Positions 35,525 to 44,780 of a stretch of DNA of 48,965 nt are shown piece after piece (position 1 is the first letter of the stretch; each line of letters opens with the position of its first letter). This stretch comes from a virus (lineage: Duplodnaviria > Caudoviricetes). The notes beneath the pieces are model-generated. The model was not told the origin of the DNA and searched no databases. It saw only the letters and a program-made list of their open reading frames with translations. The position numbers and the translations under genes were made by a program. The stretch is from the IMG/VR virus record IMGVR_UViG_3300016469_000027, positions 1 through 48,965 of that record. One strand, 5' to 3'.

Positions 35525-35889
35525 CATCACTACGTGACGCAGCACAAGCTGCACTGGAGGTGTTGGAGACACCGATACACGAGCAGTCGTTTATGCAGAA
35601 ACAAAACGCCATCACCGCCCTCAAGGCCGCGCTAGCAGAGCCGGTGCAGGAGCCGGTGGCGTGGCTAACACCCAGAACACTGGATTCCTACATGCGCCCC
35701 GATCTCGGATACGAGACTTGTTCTAAGTCCGACTACGGTGCTTTCCCTGTCTACAACTCCCCACCCCAGCAAAAGCCGCTGACGGAGGAGGAGATCCACG
35801 ACTGCTGGCAGCAAAGACACAGAGACAAAACAACTGAGCGTAGGCTCATCACCCGCGCCATCGAGCAGGCACACGGGATTAAGGAGTAA
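35521..35889 (+). CDS. Mosaic hypothetical protein (QEPVAW family)
   Basis: MTSLRDAAQAALE...[11 protein letters not shown]...KPLTEEEI...RAIEQAHGI. Confidence 0.75.
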   Translation: MTSLRDAAQAALEVLETPIHEQSFMQKQNAITALKAALAEPVQEPVAWLTPRTLDSYMRPDLGYETCSKSDYGAFPVYNSPPQQKPLTEEEIHDCWQQRHRDKTTERRLITRAIEQAHGIKE

Positions 35890-35892
35890 GAC

Positions 35893-36849
35893 ATGACCAC
35901 CCTACGCGAAGCCGCCCAGCAGGCGCTGGAGCAACTCAAGATCAACCGCACCAACTTCCGCAAGGGGCCGTCAAAGTCAATCAGCAAGATGCTGGCTGGA
36001 GGAAACGACGAGGCGATTGCAGACCTAGAGTCCGCGCTGGCAGAGTACGACAAAGACCGCGTGAAGGTTGAAGAAATGAAAGCTAACTGGGCGCTTCAGC
36101 GCAAGCTGGCTAAAGAAACGCAGGAGCGTGGCAAACAGCAGCGTGAGTATGAAGAACAACGATTGGCCGCGCTGGCAGAGCCAGAGGGAGGAGGCAATTT
36201 GCCACCCCCCTTGCAAGAGCCAACTGTTGCAGAAAATGCAACAACTCAACAGCAGCTTGAAGACACGCCACCGTCCGATTACCGGCGCGGGTATTGGGAC
36301 GGGTTCAACATCGGTAAGCGGGAAGGACGCATTGAGGCAGAAGACGCGCTAGCAGAGCCGGTGCAGGAGCCCGACCTCTCCCGCTGCCCCCAATGTGGAG
36401 GCCCTGCCGACAACGGGCATGACCGCAGCATCCCGCCGAATCCGTACTTCTGTACGAAGTGCATGGCAGAGCCGGTGCAGGAGCCGGTGGCTTGGGTAGA
36501 TCAACGCATTCACGGCTGGCCTGATTGCTTCGTCATGGAAGCCGACCCGCCACACACGACACCACTCTACGCCGCCCCGCCTCGCTGCCCCAACTGCGCC
36601 AGCCTGGAGGCGCAGAACACCGAGCTTGATGCCAAGCTGGCTGACCTTGAGCAGACATCCCTTGAACTGTGCGAAGTGTGTGGGTGGAAGACCTTGATCC
36701 CAGGAGACTGCTGCCTGAACTGTGCGCGTATCAACCCGTGCCCCAACTGCGCCAGCCTGCAAGACCAGAACACCGAGCTTGACCGCAAGCTGGCAGAACT
36801 GACTGAGGCTGTGTTACGGGCGAACGGGATCAGGAAGGAAATGGAATGA
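35893..36849 (+). CDS. Mosaic hypothetical protein (QEPVAW family) with several CxxC modules
   Basis: [13 protein letters not shown], two AEPVQEP units, CPQC..CTKC, CEVC..CLNC, and duplicated [17 protein letters not shown]. Confidence 0.75.
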   Translation: MTTLREAAQQALEQLKINRTNFRKGPSKSISKMLAGGNDEAIADLESALAEYDKDRVKVEEMKANWALQRKLAKETQERGKQQREYEEQRLAALAEPEGGGNLPPPLQEPTVAENATTQQQLEDTPPSDYRRGYWDGFNIGKREGRIEAEDALAEPVQEPDLSRCPQCGGPADNGHDRSIPPNPYFCTKCMAEPVQEPVAWVDQRIHGWPDCFVMEADPPHTTPLYAAPPRCPNCASLEAQNTELDAKLADLEQTSLELCEVCGWKTLIPGDCCLNCARINPCPNCASLQDQNTELDRKLAELTEAVLRANGIRKEME

Positions 36850-37031
36850 CTACACCTGAACAACCATCGACCGAAGAGGTTTACCTCCGCGCTGCTGAGG
36901 AGATCGTGTCGTCTCCACCCATCGGTACACACGCTGAAGGATGTTGGTCATGGGGACCACGCCACTACCTCTGCGCCTACCGTGAGATCCAACGGCTTCA
37001 GAAGGAGCTTGAAGATGGGGCAGAAACGTAG
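36846..37031 (+). CDS. Hypothetical protein
   Basis: 61 aa; [17 protein letters not shown]. Confidence 0.65.
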   Translation: MTTPEQPSTEEVYLRAAEEIVSSPPIGTHAEGCWSWGPRHYLCAYREIQRLQKELEDGAET

Positions 37032-37224
37032 CGTCTGGGCACTGATGGGTCAGCCTTCGGACGGGTCTGGGTACCCGAAAGCCAGGGCTGTGTACTTCGA
37101 CAAGCGCGACGCACTCAAGCGCATCGAGTGGCTGGAGCGCAGCGCCACCGGGCAGCGGCACAGATACTGGTTGGAGAGACTTGCATTCTTCACCTCAAGC
37201 CGTATACTGGACTTTCCAACTTGA
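37015..37224 (+). CDS. Hypothetical protein
   Basis: Likely start ATG 37015 (MGQKRSVW), SD AAGGAG. Confidence 0.55.
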   Translation: MGQKRSVWALMGQPSDGSGYPKARAVYFDKRDALKRIEWLERSATGQRHRYWLERLAFFTSSRILDFPT

Positions 37225-37261
37225 CACGATCCCTCGGGCACCACCCTTGGGGCGAACCGCC

Positions 37262-37918
37262 ATGCGTCTGAGTCACTCCTACTCATCCATCAAGCTGTTC
37301 GAGAACTGCCCGCTGCGGTACTACCGGCAGCGCATCCTGAAGGATGTTGTGGATGAAGGCGGTGAGGCATCGAAGCACGGGGAGCGCATTCACGCATTCC
37401 TTGAGAAGCGGCTGAAGGGCTCCGGCCTGGAGGCAGAGGTCGCTCAGTACGAACCCCTGTGTGCATCGGTCGAACGCATGGCCCAGGGTGGTGAACTCCA
37501 CATCGAGAAGGAGTTGGTGCTGACCGAGAACCTTACACCAACAGGTTGGTGGGAGCCTGACGCATGGCTGCGCAGCAAGCTCGACGTACTTGTCCTTGCC
37601 GGTGAGACCGCAGTGGTCATGGACTGGAAGACGGGCAAGCGCAACGCCGACCAGTTTCAGATGCAACTCTTCGCAGCCCAGGTGTTCAAGCACTACCCCG
37701 AGGTGGTGCGGACCAAGACCTCCCTCGTGTGGCTCAAGACGATGGAGATGGACACCGAGACGTACAACAGAGCCGAAGTCAACAGCATCTGGGCCGACGT
37801 GATGGGGCGCATCCAGCGCATCCACGACGCAGTGGAGCACGACAACTGGCCCGCCCGTCCCTCCGGACTGTGCAGGTTCTGCCCCTGCCGACACGACTGT
37901 GACTTCGCTAGGGTTTGA
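37262..37918 (+). CDS. PD-(D/E)XK RecB/Cas4-like exonuclease
   Basis: SYSSIKLFENCP, GERIH, KLDVL, MDWKTGK, QMQLFA, C-terminal CRFCPCRHDC. Confidence 0.85.
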   Translation: MRLSHSYSSIKLFENCPLRYYRQRILKDVVDEGGEASKHGERIHAFLEKRLKGSGLEAEVAQYEPLCASVERMAQGGELHIEKELVLTENLTPTGWWEPDAWLRSKLDVLVLAGETAVVMDWKTGKRNADQFQMQLFAAQVFKHYPEVVRTKTSLVWLKTMEMDTETYNRAEVNSIWADVMGRIQRIHDAVEHDNWPARPSGLCRFCPCRHDCDFARV

Positions 37919-37924
37919 CCCTAC

Positions 37925-37952
37925 TTGACAAGTGTGTAAAGGACGCTATCAT
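37925..37952 (+). promoter_or_regulatory. Sigma70-like promoter (probably leaderless mRNA)
   Basis: TTGACA-N16-TATCAT-N7-ATG(37960). Confidence 0.6.
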
Positions 37953-37959
37953 GAGCAGC

Positions 37960-38259
37960 ATGACTCCCGAGGGACGCATCAAGAAGAAGTTGACAGACAT
38001 GCTCAAGCACGAGAGCATCTGGTACTTCTTCCCAGCGGCCAACGGGTTCGGCAAAGCCGGTATCCCTGACGTGGTGTGCATTGTCGAAGGCCACTTCGTC
38101 GGGATCGAATGCAAGTCTGATGAGAAGAAGAAGCCCACCGCCTTACAACTGCGATGCGCTCGGGAGATCCGTGACGCAGGTGGGTATTGGTTCTTGGTCT
38201 ACGACGACTACTCCATTGCGGAGGTAGAGAAGTGGATCCAGAAGTGGAAGAACAGGTGA
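37960..38259 (+). CDS. VRR-NUC domain nuclease
   Basis: MTPEGRIKK, GIPDVV, FVGIECK, PTALQ. Confidence 0.85.
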   Translation: MTPEGRIKKKLTDMLKHESIWYFFPAANGFGKAGIPDVVCIVEGHFVGIECKSDEKKKPTALQLRCAREIRDAGGYWFLVYDDYSIAEVEKWIQKWKNR

Positions 38260-38263
38260 CAAC

Positions 38264-39817
38264 ATGCTGGTAGTTGAACGGGCGAAAGCTATCGCCCTCA
38301 AGCTGAACAACCCCAACCGCATACTCGACAGCATCCCAACAGCCAGACCTATCGAGGTCCGTGGTGTACCCATCGTGGTGGCACCACACAGGCTGGATGA
38401 AGTCAAGGTACTGCGCAACCTTGGGATCAAGGCACCGAGCCCGATCCTGCACTACTACGACTGGCCCGGACGGTTCGAGCCGTACGAGCACCAGAAGCAG
38501 ACGGCTGCCTTCCTGACGCTACAACAACGTGGACTGGTGCTCAACGAGATCGGCACGGGCAAGACGCAGAGCGCACTGTGGGCTGCGGACTACCTGATCA
38601 AGACCAAGAAGGTCAAGAAGGTATTGATCCTCTCACCTCTCAGCACGTTGGAGCGTGTCTGGGGCGACGGCATCTTCACTGGGCTGGTGCATCGGCGCTT
38701 CGTAGTGCTGCACGGCACAGCAGAGAAGCGGCTGAAGCTACTCAAAACTGACGCGGACTTCTACATCGTCAACCACGACGGGTTCCCCATCATCGCTGAG
38801 TACGCACACGGCATGTTCGACCTTGTGATCGTGGACGAGGCAGCGGTGTTGCGCAACCCATCGACACGTAGGTTCAAGATCTTCCGTAAGTGGATAGATA
38901 CCAACGCCAAAACACGCCTGTGGCTGATGACTGGGACGCCGACGCCCAACGATCCGACAGACGCATGGGCACTGGCAAAGCTAGTCAACAGCCCCCATTG
39001 CACGAGGACCTACACGGCGTTCCGTGAGCAGGTCATGATGAAGATAGGGCAATGGAAACTCATTCCACGACCCGAGGCGGTGGAGGTTGTGAAGCACATT
39101 CTACAGCCTGCTGTGCGGTACACCAGGGACGAGTGTTTCGACCTGCCTGAGACGATCATCCAGACCCGACAGGTGGAACTGACCCCTGAACAGAAGAAGC
39201 ACTACACCCAGATGCTTCGGCACTTCGTCACTGAAGCTGCCTCGGAGGGGACCATCACTGCCGTCAACGAGGCGGTGAAGATCCAGAAGTTGGTGCAGAT
39301 CGCTTGCGGTGTGGCCTACGGCGACGACGGGCAGAACATCCAACTGGACTGCACACCACGTATCAACTTAGTGAAGGAGGTGATTGAAGAAGCAGGAGAG
39401 AAAGTCATCGTATTTGTCCCCCTAACAGGCACCCTCCACATGCTGGAGAAGGAACTGTCCAAGCACTGGAGTGTCGGCGTGGTCAACGGCGAGGTGTCCA
39501 GCACACAACGCAACAAGATCTTCCACGACTTCCAGCATCAGAAGGATCCGCATGTCTTGGTCGCCCACCCCGGCACGATGGCTCACGGTCTGACACTGAC
39601 CTCAGCCTCAACGATCATCTGGTACGGGCCGATCAACAGCAACGAGATGTATGTCCAAGCCAACGGACGCATCGAGCGGATCGGTAAGAAGCGTGTGTCG
39701 AACGTCATCCACATCGAGGCAACAGACCTTGAGTACAAGATGTATGAACGACTGAAGAACAAGCAGAAGCTACAAGGACTGCTGCTTGAGGTTATCCAAC
39801 AACTGACGAGGAAGTGA
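38264..39817 (+). CDS. SNF2-family helicase
   Basis: EIGTGKT, VIVDEAA, MTGTP, HGLTLT, QANGRIERIG. Confidence 0.9.
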   Translation: MLVVERAKAIALKLNNPNRILDSIPTARPIEVRGVPIVVAPHRLDEVKVLRNLGIKAPSPILHYYDWPGRFEPYEHQKQTAAFLTLQQRGLVLNEIGTGKTQSALWAADYLIKTKKVKKVLILSPLSTLERVWGDGIFTGLVHRRFVVLHGTAEKRLKLLKTDADFYIVNHDGFPIIAEYAHGMFDLVIVDEAAVLRNPSTRRFKIFRKWIDTNAKTRLWLMTGTPTPNDPTDAWALAKLVNSPHCTRTYTAFREQVMMKIGQWKLIPRPEAVEVVKHILQPAVRYTRDECFDLPETIIQTRQVELTPEQKKHYTQMLRHFVTEAASEGTITAVNEAVKIQKLVQIACGVAYGDDGQNIQLDCTPRINLVKEVIEEAGEKVIVFVPLTGTLHMLEKELSKHWSVGVVNGEVSSTQRNKIFHDFQHQKDPHVLVAHPGTMAHGLTLTSASTIIWYGPINSNEMYVQANGRIERIGKKRVSNVIHIEATDLEYKMYERLKNKQKLQGLLLEVIQQLTRK

Positions 39818-39818
39818 C

Positions 39819-40271
39819 ATGAGCAACACCGAGGAAATCGCTGGTGCCGTGCGGGAGCGCATGGGTATACCACCGACAGTGAGCGACATCATCCGCACCT
39901 ACATGAAGCTGCGCAACCAGAAGGACCAGCTTGAAGCTGAGACCAAGGATCGCGTGTCTGAACTGAAGGCCAAGATGGCGAAGCTCGAAGCGTGGATCAA
40001 GGAGAAGGCAGACGCAGATGGTGTCACGTCCTTCAAGACAGACCACGGTACAGCCTTCATCACCACTACCGATTACGCAAACGTGGCCGACTGGGATGCG
40101 GTGCTTGACTTCATCCGCGACAACGAGGCGTACGACATGCTGGAGAAGCGCATCAGCAAGGTCGCTGTGCGTGGCTACATCGAGGCCAACAAGGCGGTCC
40201 CTCCTGGTGTGAACTACGGCACCAAGCTGGAGGTCAACGTGCGCAAGCCCGGTGCCAAAGCGGAGGACTGA
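39819..40271 (+). CDS. Phage replication-module protein (coiled coil plus beta domain)
   Basis: 150 aa; SFKTDHGT, DWDAVLDFI, LEKRISK, VPPGV. Confidence 0.75.
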   Translation: MSNTEEIAGAVRERMGIPPTVSDIIRTYMKLRNQKDQLEAETKDRVSELKAKMAKLEAWIKEKADADGVTSFKTDHGTAFITTTDYANVADWDAVLDFIRDNEAYDMLEKRISKVAVRGYIEANKAVPPGVNYGTKLEVNVRKPGAKAED

Positions 40272-40272
40272 C

Positions 40273-40596
40273 ATGATCAAAGCGTTCAAGCGATGGTTGG
40301 CAGCAGCCGCGTACGAAGGGTTGCAACAGCCCAAGGAAGAAGCCCGCATCAACAAGCTGCACGATATGTTCTCGAACAACATGGCTGCGATGGTCGCCTT
40401 CAAAATCGACAACGGCTATGTCGTTCGGGTCATGAACGCGGACGTACGTAAGGGTGACACGGTGCCAGGGTTCGTGTACTGCTCGGACCATAAGGCCATC
40501 GCTGATCACATCGTCTCAACATCTATGCGTGAGCGGCTCGGAGTTTCGGCCCCGAATCAAGCTGCTCTTTTTGAATCCCAGCCACACGGCTGGTAA
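40273..40596 (+). CDS. Hypothetical protein
   Basis: Likely start ATG 40273 (MIKAFKRW), SD GGAGG. Confidence 0.65.
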   Translation: MIKAFKRWLAAAAYEGLQQPKEEARINKLHDMFSNNMAAMVAFKIDNGYVVRVMNADVRKGDTVPGFVYCSDHKAIADHIVSTSMRERLGVSAPNQAALFESQPHGW

Positions 40597-40612
40597 ACCA
40601 AGGAGTCTCCAA

Positions 40613-41614
40613 GTGAGCAACATTGTCCCCATGAACATTCAAGTCCCCGCCCATCTCGCCGCTCGTGTCGGCACCCCATCTGCACTCGGTGCAGCGTTGA
40701 CCGGTGGTCTGTCTTCGGGTCAGTCATTCCCCAAGATCTCCATCAAGGCCAGCCGCTTCCGCATCAAGGAGGGCGACACCGAGACTGTGATGGAGTCCAC
40801 GTTCCTGGATATGGTCATCGTCGGTGCCAATCCCCGTCTGTCGAAGACGTGGTACGCCAAGCAGTGGACCCCGGATGCAGAGCCCTCAGCACCTGACTGC
40901 TTCTCTCTGGATGGTGTGAGCCCTGACCCTGAGTCGGCTGACCCGCAGAACGACCTGTGTGCATCCTGCCCGCAGAACGCATGGGGCTCCAAGGTGACTC
41001 CGCAGGGTCAGCAGATCAAGGCTTGCTCGGACAAGAAGCGGTTGGCTGTGGTCTCTGCCGACGACCCAAGTGGTCCGGTCTACCTGCTCGAAGTTACCCC
41101 GGCTGCGCTGAAGGGGCTGAACCAGTACCAGAAGGAGTTGTCCGTCCGTGGCATCCCTCCCGAGGTGGTGAAGACCCGCGTCAGTTTCGACACTGACGCA
41201 TCGTTCCCGAAGCTGAAGTTCACCTTCGCAGGCTTCCTGGACGAAGGCACCCAGCAAGTTGTTGATGGATTGTTCGGCACCGATCAGGTCCGTGAGATCA
41301 CCGGGGAAACCCTGAGACAGCCTGTGGAAGTGCCGCAAACTCGCAAGCCTGTCGCCATCGCTGCTGCACCTGCCCCTGCGCCAACCCCGGCACCGGCCCC
41401 TGCACCGGTTGCGGCTGCACCGGCTGCACCCAAGCGTGGGTTCGGCTCCAAGGCAGCGGCACCTGCTCCGGCCCCTGCACCGGCACCCGTGGCTAAGCCC
41501 GCAGTCAAGGCGGCTGCAAAACCAGCCCCGGCTCCGGCCCCTGCGGAGGCAGCCTCGTCACTGGCTGACGAGATCGCTGCCTTGATCGGAGAAGTCGATG
41601 CAGACGACGCCTAA
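40613..41614 (+). CDS. Putative ssDNA-binding/annealing protein
   Basis: GTG start with SD AAGGAG. PDCFS.DG, CASCPQN..GS, KAC; long Pro/Ala linker; acidic C-terminal tail EVDADDA. Confidence 0.6.
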   Translation: MSNIVPMNIQVPAHLAARVGTPSALGAALTGGLSSGQSFPKISIKASRFRIKEGDTETVMESTFLDMVIVGANPRLSKTWYAKQWTPDAEPSAPDCFSLDGVSPDPESADPQNDLCASCPQNAWGSKVTPQGQQIKACSDKKRLAVVSADDPSGPVYLLEVTPAALKGLNQYQKELSVRGIPPEVVKTRVSFDTDASFPKLKFTFAGFLDEGTQQVVDGLFGTDQVREITGETLRQPVEVPQTRKPVAIAAAPAPAPTPAPAPAPVAAAPAAPKRGFGSKAAAPAPAPAPAPVAKPAVKAAAKPAPAPAPAEAASSLADEIAALIGEVDADDA

Positions 41615-41885
41615 AGCCATCGACTTCACCAAGGTCGAAGCACTGCGCAAACACATGCTCCTGACGACGAGTGACATGGCATCGTTGCTCGGCGTATCCC
41701 GCATGACTTATTATGGTTGGGTGAGGGGCGCGCCCCCTCGTCGGGCCAACGAAGAGTTCGTCAGGGGTATGTTGCGCAAACTGCTTGCCATCATGGCTAA
41801 CGGATGGCCGATGCCCGAGGTAATCGCTGCGGATCAGAAGCAGCGTAAAGAGCGACTCCTTGAGTTGCTTAAGGCTGGAAGCTAA
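41598..41885 (+). CDS. Cro/C1-type HTH DNA-binding protein
   Basis: LRKHMLLTTSDMASLLGVSRMTYYGWVRG. Confidence 0.75.
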   Translation: MQTTPKAIDFTKVEALRKHMLLTTSDMASLLGVSRMTYYGWVRGAPPRRANEEFVRGMLRKLLAIMANGWPMPEVIAADQKQRKERLLELLKAGS

Positions 41886-41888
41886 GGG

Positions 41889-41914
41889 CAGCAGGGGAAG
41901 CAATTCCCCTGCTG
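41889..41914 (+). other. Perfect 11-bp GNRA hairpin before the primase start
   Basis: CAGCAGGGGAA-GCAA-TTCCCCTGCTG; no U tract. Confidence 0.6.
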
Positions 41915-41924
41915 ATACAGGGGC

Positions 41925-44780
41925 ATGATGAACACGTTGGACTTTCTTCAGCGGGTTCTGCCGACGAGCGGTGTCTATGTCACCACAGTCATCAATCCAG
42001 ATGGCCGTCGACAAGGATACTTCACGACGATTGCAGACCTGACTGACGCCATAACGGCGCTCGACAAACGGGGCAACAACACTTACTTCGCCATCTCCAG
42101 TTTCCGGGAGAAGGGGAACCGAAAGCAAGAGAACGTCCGAGCTACCAAGGTGGTAGCACTGGATGTGGATTGCGGAGACACCAAGCCTTTCCCGACGTGG
42201 AAGGAAGGGCTGCAAGCACTGGGCAAGTTCGTCATCACGATGAAGCTGCCCAAGCCAATGATCGTCCACTCAGGCAACGGGCTACATGCCTACTGGGTGC
42301 TGACCGAAGAGCTTGAGCCTGCGCAGTGGAAACCTTTGGCCGAGGCGATGAAGGCTGCCACCAAGGACAAGGGTTTTGAGATCGACTCGGCTGTGCCTGC
42401 CGACTCTGCCCGTGTGCTGCGTCCGATAGGAACCAAGAATCCCAAGGGCGGCAACATCGTCAAACTACTGCTGGATGCTGGGCCGGTTGCGCCAGAGGTT
42501 CTGGCGGCTGCGCTGTCGCAGTACATGACGTTACCGAGCGTTGCTAACAAACAAGGTCAACACACAACCAACAGCAAGTTGTCACAAGCGTTGCAGGTCG
42601 AAAGTGATTTTCCCCCTGCAAACCCTACCGTGCTGGCGACCAAGTGTCAGCAGATCCATTGGGGCACGAGGAACCAGGGAGATGTGGAGGAACCGTTCTG
42701 GTACGCACTGCTGGGTGTAGCCGCACACTGCCACGAGCCAGAAGCCACAGCCATCGCGTGGTCTGAGAACCACCCAGACTACAACCCGACCTTCACGATC
42801 CAGAAACTTGCGCAGTGGAAGCAGGCAACCACCGGCCCCACAACGTGCAAGAAGTTTGAGGAACTCAGACCGGGCGGCTGCAAGGGCTGCAAGTTCAAGG
42901 ACAAGGTGGGCACCCCAGCGCGACTGGGTGTGCAGTACTTGGAGGTGGCACCGACGACCACCGCTCCGGCATCAGTGGCGACGGACATTCCGCTGCCACG
43001 TCCGTTCAAGCGCACCGCTGACGGTATGAAGCTGACGGTGGACGACACCGACATCGACGTGTGCAGGTTCGATATCTACCCGGTGTCGTACGGCAAAGAC
43101 GAGTCGCTGGGCTACGAGACAGTGCGCTTCTGCTGGGACCGGCCCCACTCTGGGTGGCAGGATCTTGTGATGCGGCAGGCGCTGCTGACCGAGGGGCATC
43201 GTGACTTCGCCACCGTGATTGCCGACCAGGGCATCGTCCTCAACAACCGCAACCAGACGGGGTACTTTCAACTCATGCTGCGCTCATACATGGAGGAATT
43301 GCGGCAGAAGCGGGCCATGACCAACCTGTACGCTTCGATGGGCTGGAAGGAGAACTTCTCCCAGTTCGTCATTGGCGACACCATCCTGCGCCGCAACACG
43401 GATGGCACCGTGGCCGAAGAGTCCATCAGCCTCGCATCAACATCCTCTCGGATGGGGCACGAGTTGTGGGAGACCGCTGGCACCCTGGACGCATGGGTGC
43501 AGTTCACCAAGTTGGTGGAGAAGGCTGATCTACGGGCGCATATGTTCGCTTTGGCAGTGGGGTTGTCTGCTCCGCTGTATGCGTTCACTGGTCTCAAGGG
43601 ACTGACGGTATCTCTGTACGGCCCCACGGGTGGCGGCAAGTCGCTGGCACAGATGTGGGTGCAGTCGATCTACGGCAACCCGGAGAAGCTGCACTTCGCA
43701 GCCAAGTTCACGCAGAACACGTTGTTCGGTCGCATGGGTCTGTACTCCCACATGCCCATGACCATCGACGAAGTGACCATGATGGACGACAAGGAGGTGG
43801 GCGACTTCGCCTACTGGGTGACGCAGGGTCGGGACAAGGCGCGGCTGAACCGCAACGCCGAGGAGCGGGACGCGAAGACGTGGGCACTGCCTGTCATCGT
43901 ATCCACCAACAAGTCCATGAACTCCAAGCTGATTGCTTCGGGGTTGGACACTGACGCGCAACTGGTGCGGATCCTCGAAGTCAACGTCCCTGCCACCAAG
44001 CTGTTCACACGGGACAGCACGGGTGGTCGCAAGGTCTATGAGTTCATCACGGCGAACTACGGTCATGTCGGTCGCGCATTCATCAGCAAGTTGCTGGAGC
44101 TTGGAGACGCTGGCATCCGTGCTGCCATTGCCGAAGCCACGCAATCATTCCATCGCCGCTACAAGGCGCAGTTCTCCGGGCAGGAGCGGTACTGGGAGCA
44201 AGCCATCATCCTGGCTGACCTCGCAGCCAGCCTCGCCAAAGAATGGAACCTGATTGCCTTCGACCATACACCGGGTATCGATTGGGTGCTGTCGCAGGTG
44301 GGTGCCATCCGACGCAGTGTGGCCGAGTTCAAGACCGATGCGTTCGATCTGCTGACTGAGTACCTGAACGAGACCGCAGACGCGCAAGTACAGGTGTTCC
44401 ACACCGGCACACAGAAGCCCACGATGGACTACAGCCGTCTGCCACGGGGCGAGGTTCGGGTGCGGATGGACTTCTACCGCAGGACTTCGGGTGACATCAT
44501 CAGCAACGGCACGATGCTACTGGACCGGACACACTTGCGCAGGTGGCTATCGATGCGCGGTGCCGACTACAAGTCATTCATGAACGAGTTGCAGGATGAG
44601 AGCGCACTGGCGACGCCGAAGTCCAACAAGGCGTATCTCGCCAAGGACACCCCGATCAAGCTCGGTCAGTCATACGTGGTCGGCGTGAACCTGAACCATC
44701 CGCGTATGCAGGGGATGCTGACCGACGCAGAGCAAACTATCGAAGACTTGGCCTTCGGTCAACTCAAGGCAGTTCAGTAA
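41925..44780 (+). CDS. Primase-helicase (AEP/RepB-like primase, Cys cluster, DUF927-type helicase)
   Basis: ALDVDCG, HSGNGLHAYW, RVLRPIGT, CKKF...CKGC, Walker A GPTGGGKS, Walker B TIDE. Confidence 0.85.
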   Translation: MMNTLDFLQRVLPTSGVYVTTVINPDGRRQGYFTTIADLTDAITALDKRGNNTYFAISSFREKGNRKQENVRATKVVALDVDCGDTKPFPTWKEGLQALGKFVITMKLPKPMIVHSGNGLHAYWVLTEELEPAQWKPLAEAMKAATKDKGFEIDSAVPADSARVLRPIGTKNPKGGNIVKLLLDAGPVAPEVLAAALSQYMTLPSVANKQGQHTTNSKLSQALQVESDFPPANPTVLATKCQQIHWGTRNQGDVEEPFWYALLGVAAHCHEPEATAIAWSENHPDYNPTFTIQKLAQWKQATTGPTTCKKFEELRPGGCKGCKFKDKVGTPARLGVQYLEVAPTTTAPASVATDIPLPRPFKRTADGMKLTVDDTDIDVCRFDIYPVSYGKDESLGYETVRFCWDRPHSGWQDLVMRQALLTEGHRDFATVIADQGIVLNNRNQTGYFQLMLRSYMEELRQKRAMTNLYASMGWKENFSQFVIGDTILRRNTDGTVAEESISLASTSSRMGHELWETAGTLDAWVQFTKLVEKADLRAHMFALAVGLSAPLYAFTGLKGLTVSLYGPTGGGKSLAQMWVQSIYGNPEKLHFAAKFTQNTLFGRMGLYSHMPMTIDEVTMMDDKEVGDFAYWVTQGRDKARLNRNAEERDAKTWALPVIVSTNKSMNSKLIASGLDTDAQLVRILEVNVPATKLFTRDSTGGRKVYEFITANYGHVGRAFISKLLELGDAGIRAAIAEATQSFHRRYKAQFSGQERYWEQAIILADLAASLAKEWNLIAFDHTPGIDWVLSQVGAIRRSVAEFKTDAFDLLTEYLNETADAQVQVFHTGTQKPTMDYSRLPRGEVRVRMDFYRRTSGDIISNGTMLLDRTHLRRWLSMRGADYKSFMNELQDESALATPKSNKAYLAKDTPIKLGQSYVVGVNLNHPRMQGMLTDAEQTIEDLAFGQLKAVQ

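Noticed and set aside
35628-36800. DGR template/variable repeat pair
   Set aside because: No reverse transcriptase in the window; repeats are short and differences are not adenine-specific.
37221-37250. TTGACA upstream of the exonuclease gene
   Set aside because: No acceptable -10 at 16-18 bp spacing.
37262-37918. Cas4-like nuclease as evidence of a CRISPR system
   Set aside because: No other cas genes or array; ordinary phage replication-module exonuclease context.
41355-41550. Pro/Ala repeat in the SSB-like gene
   Set aside because: Ordinary degenerate low-complexity linker before an acidic tail.
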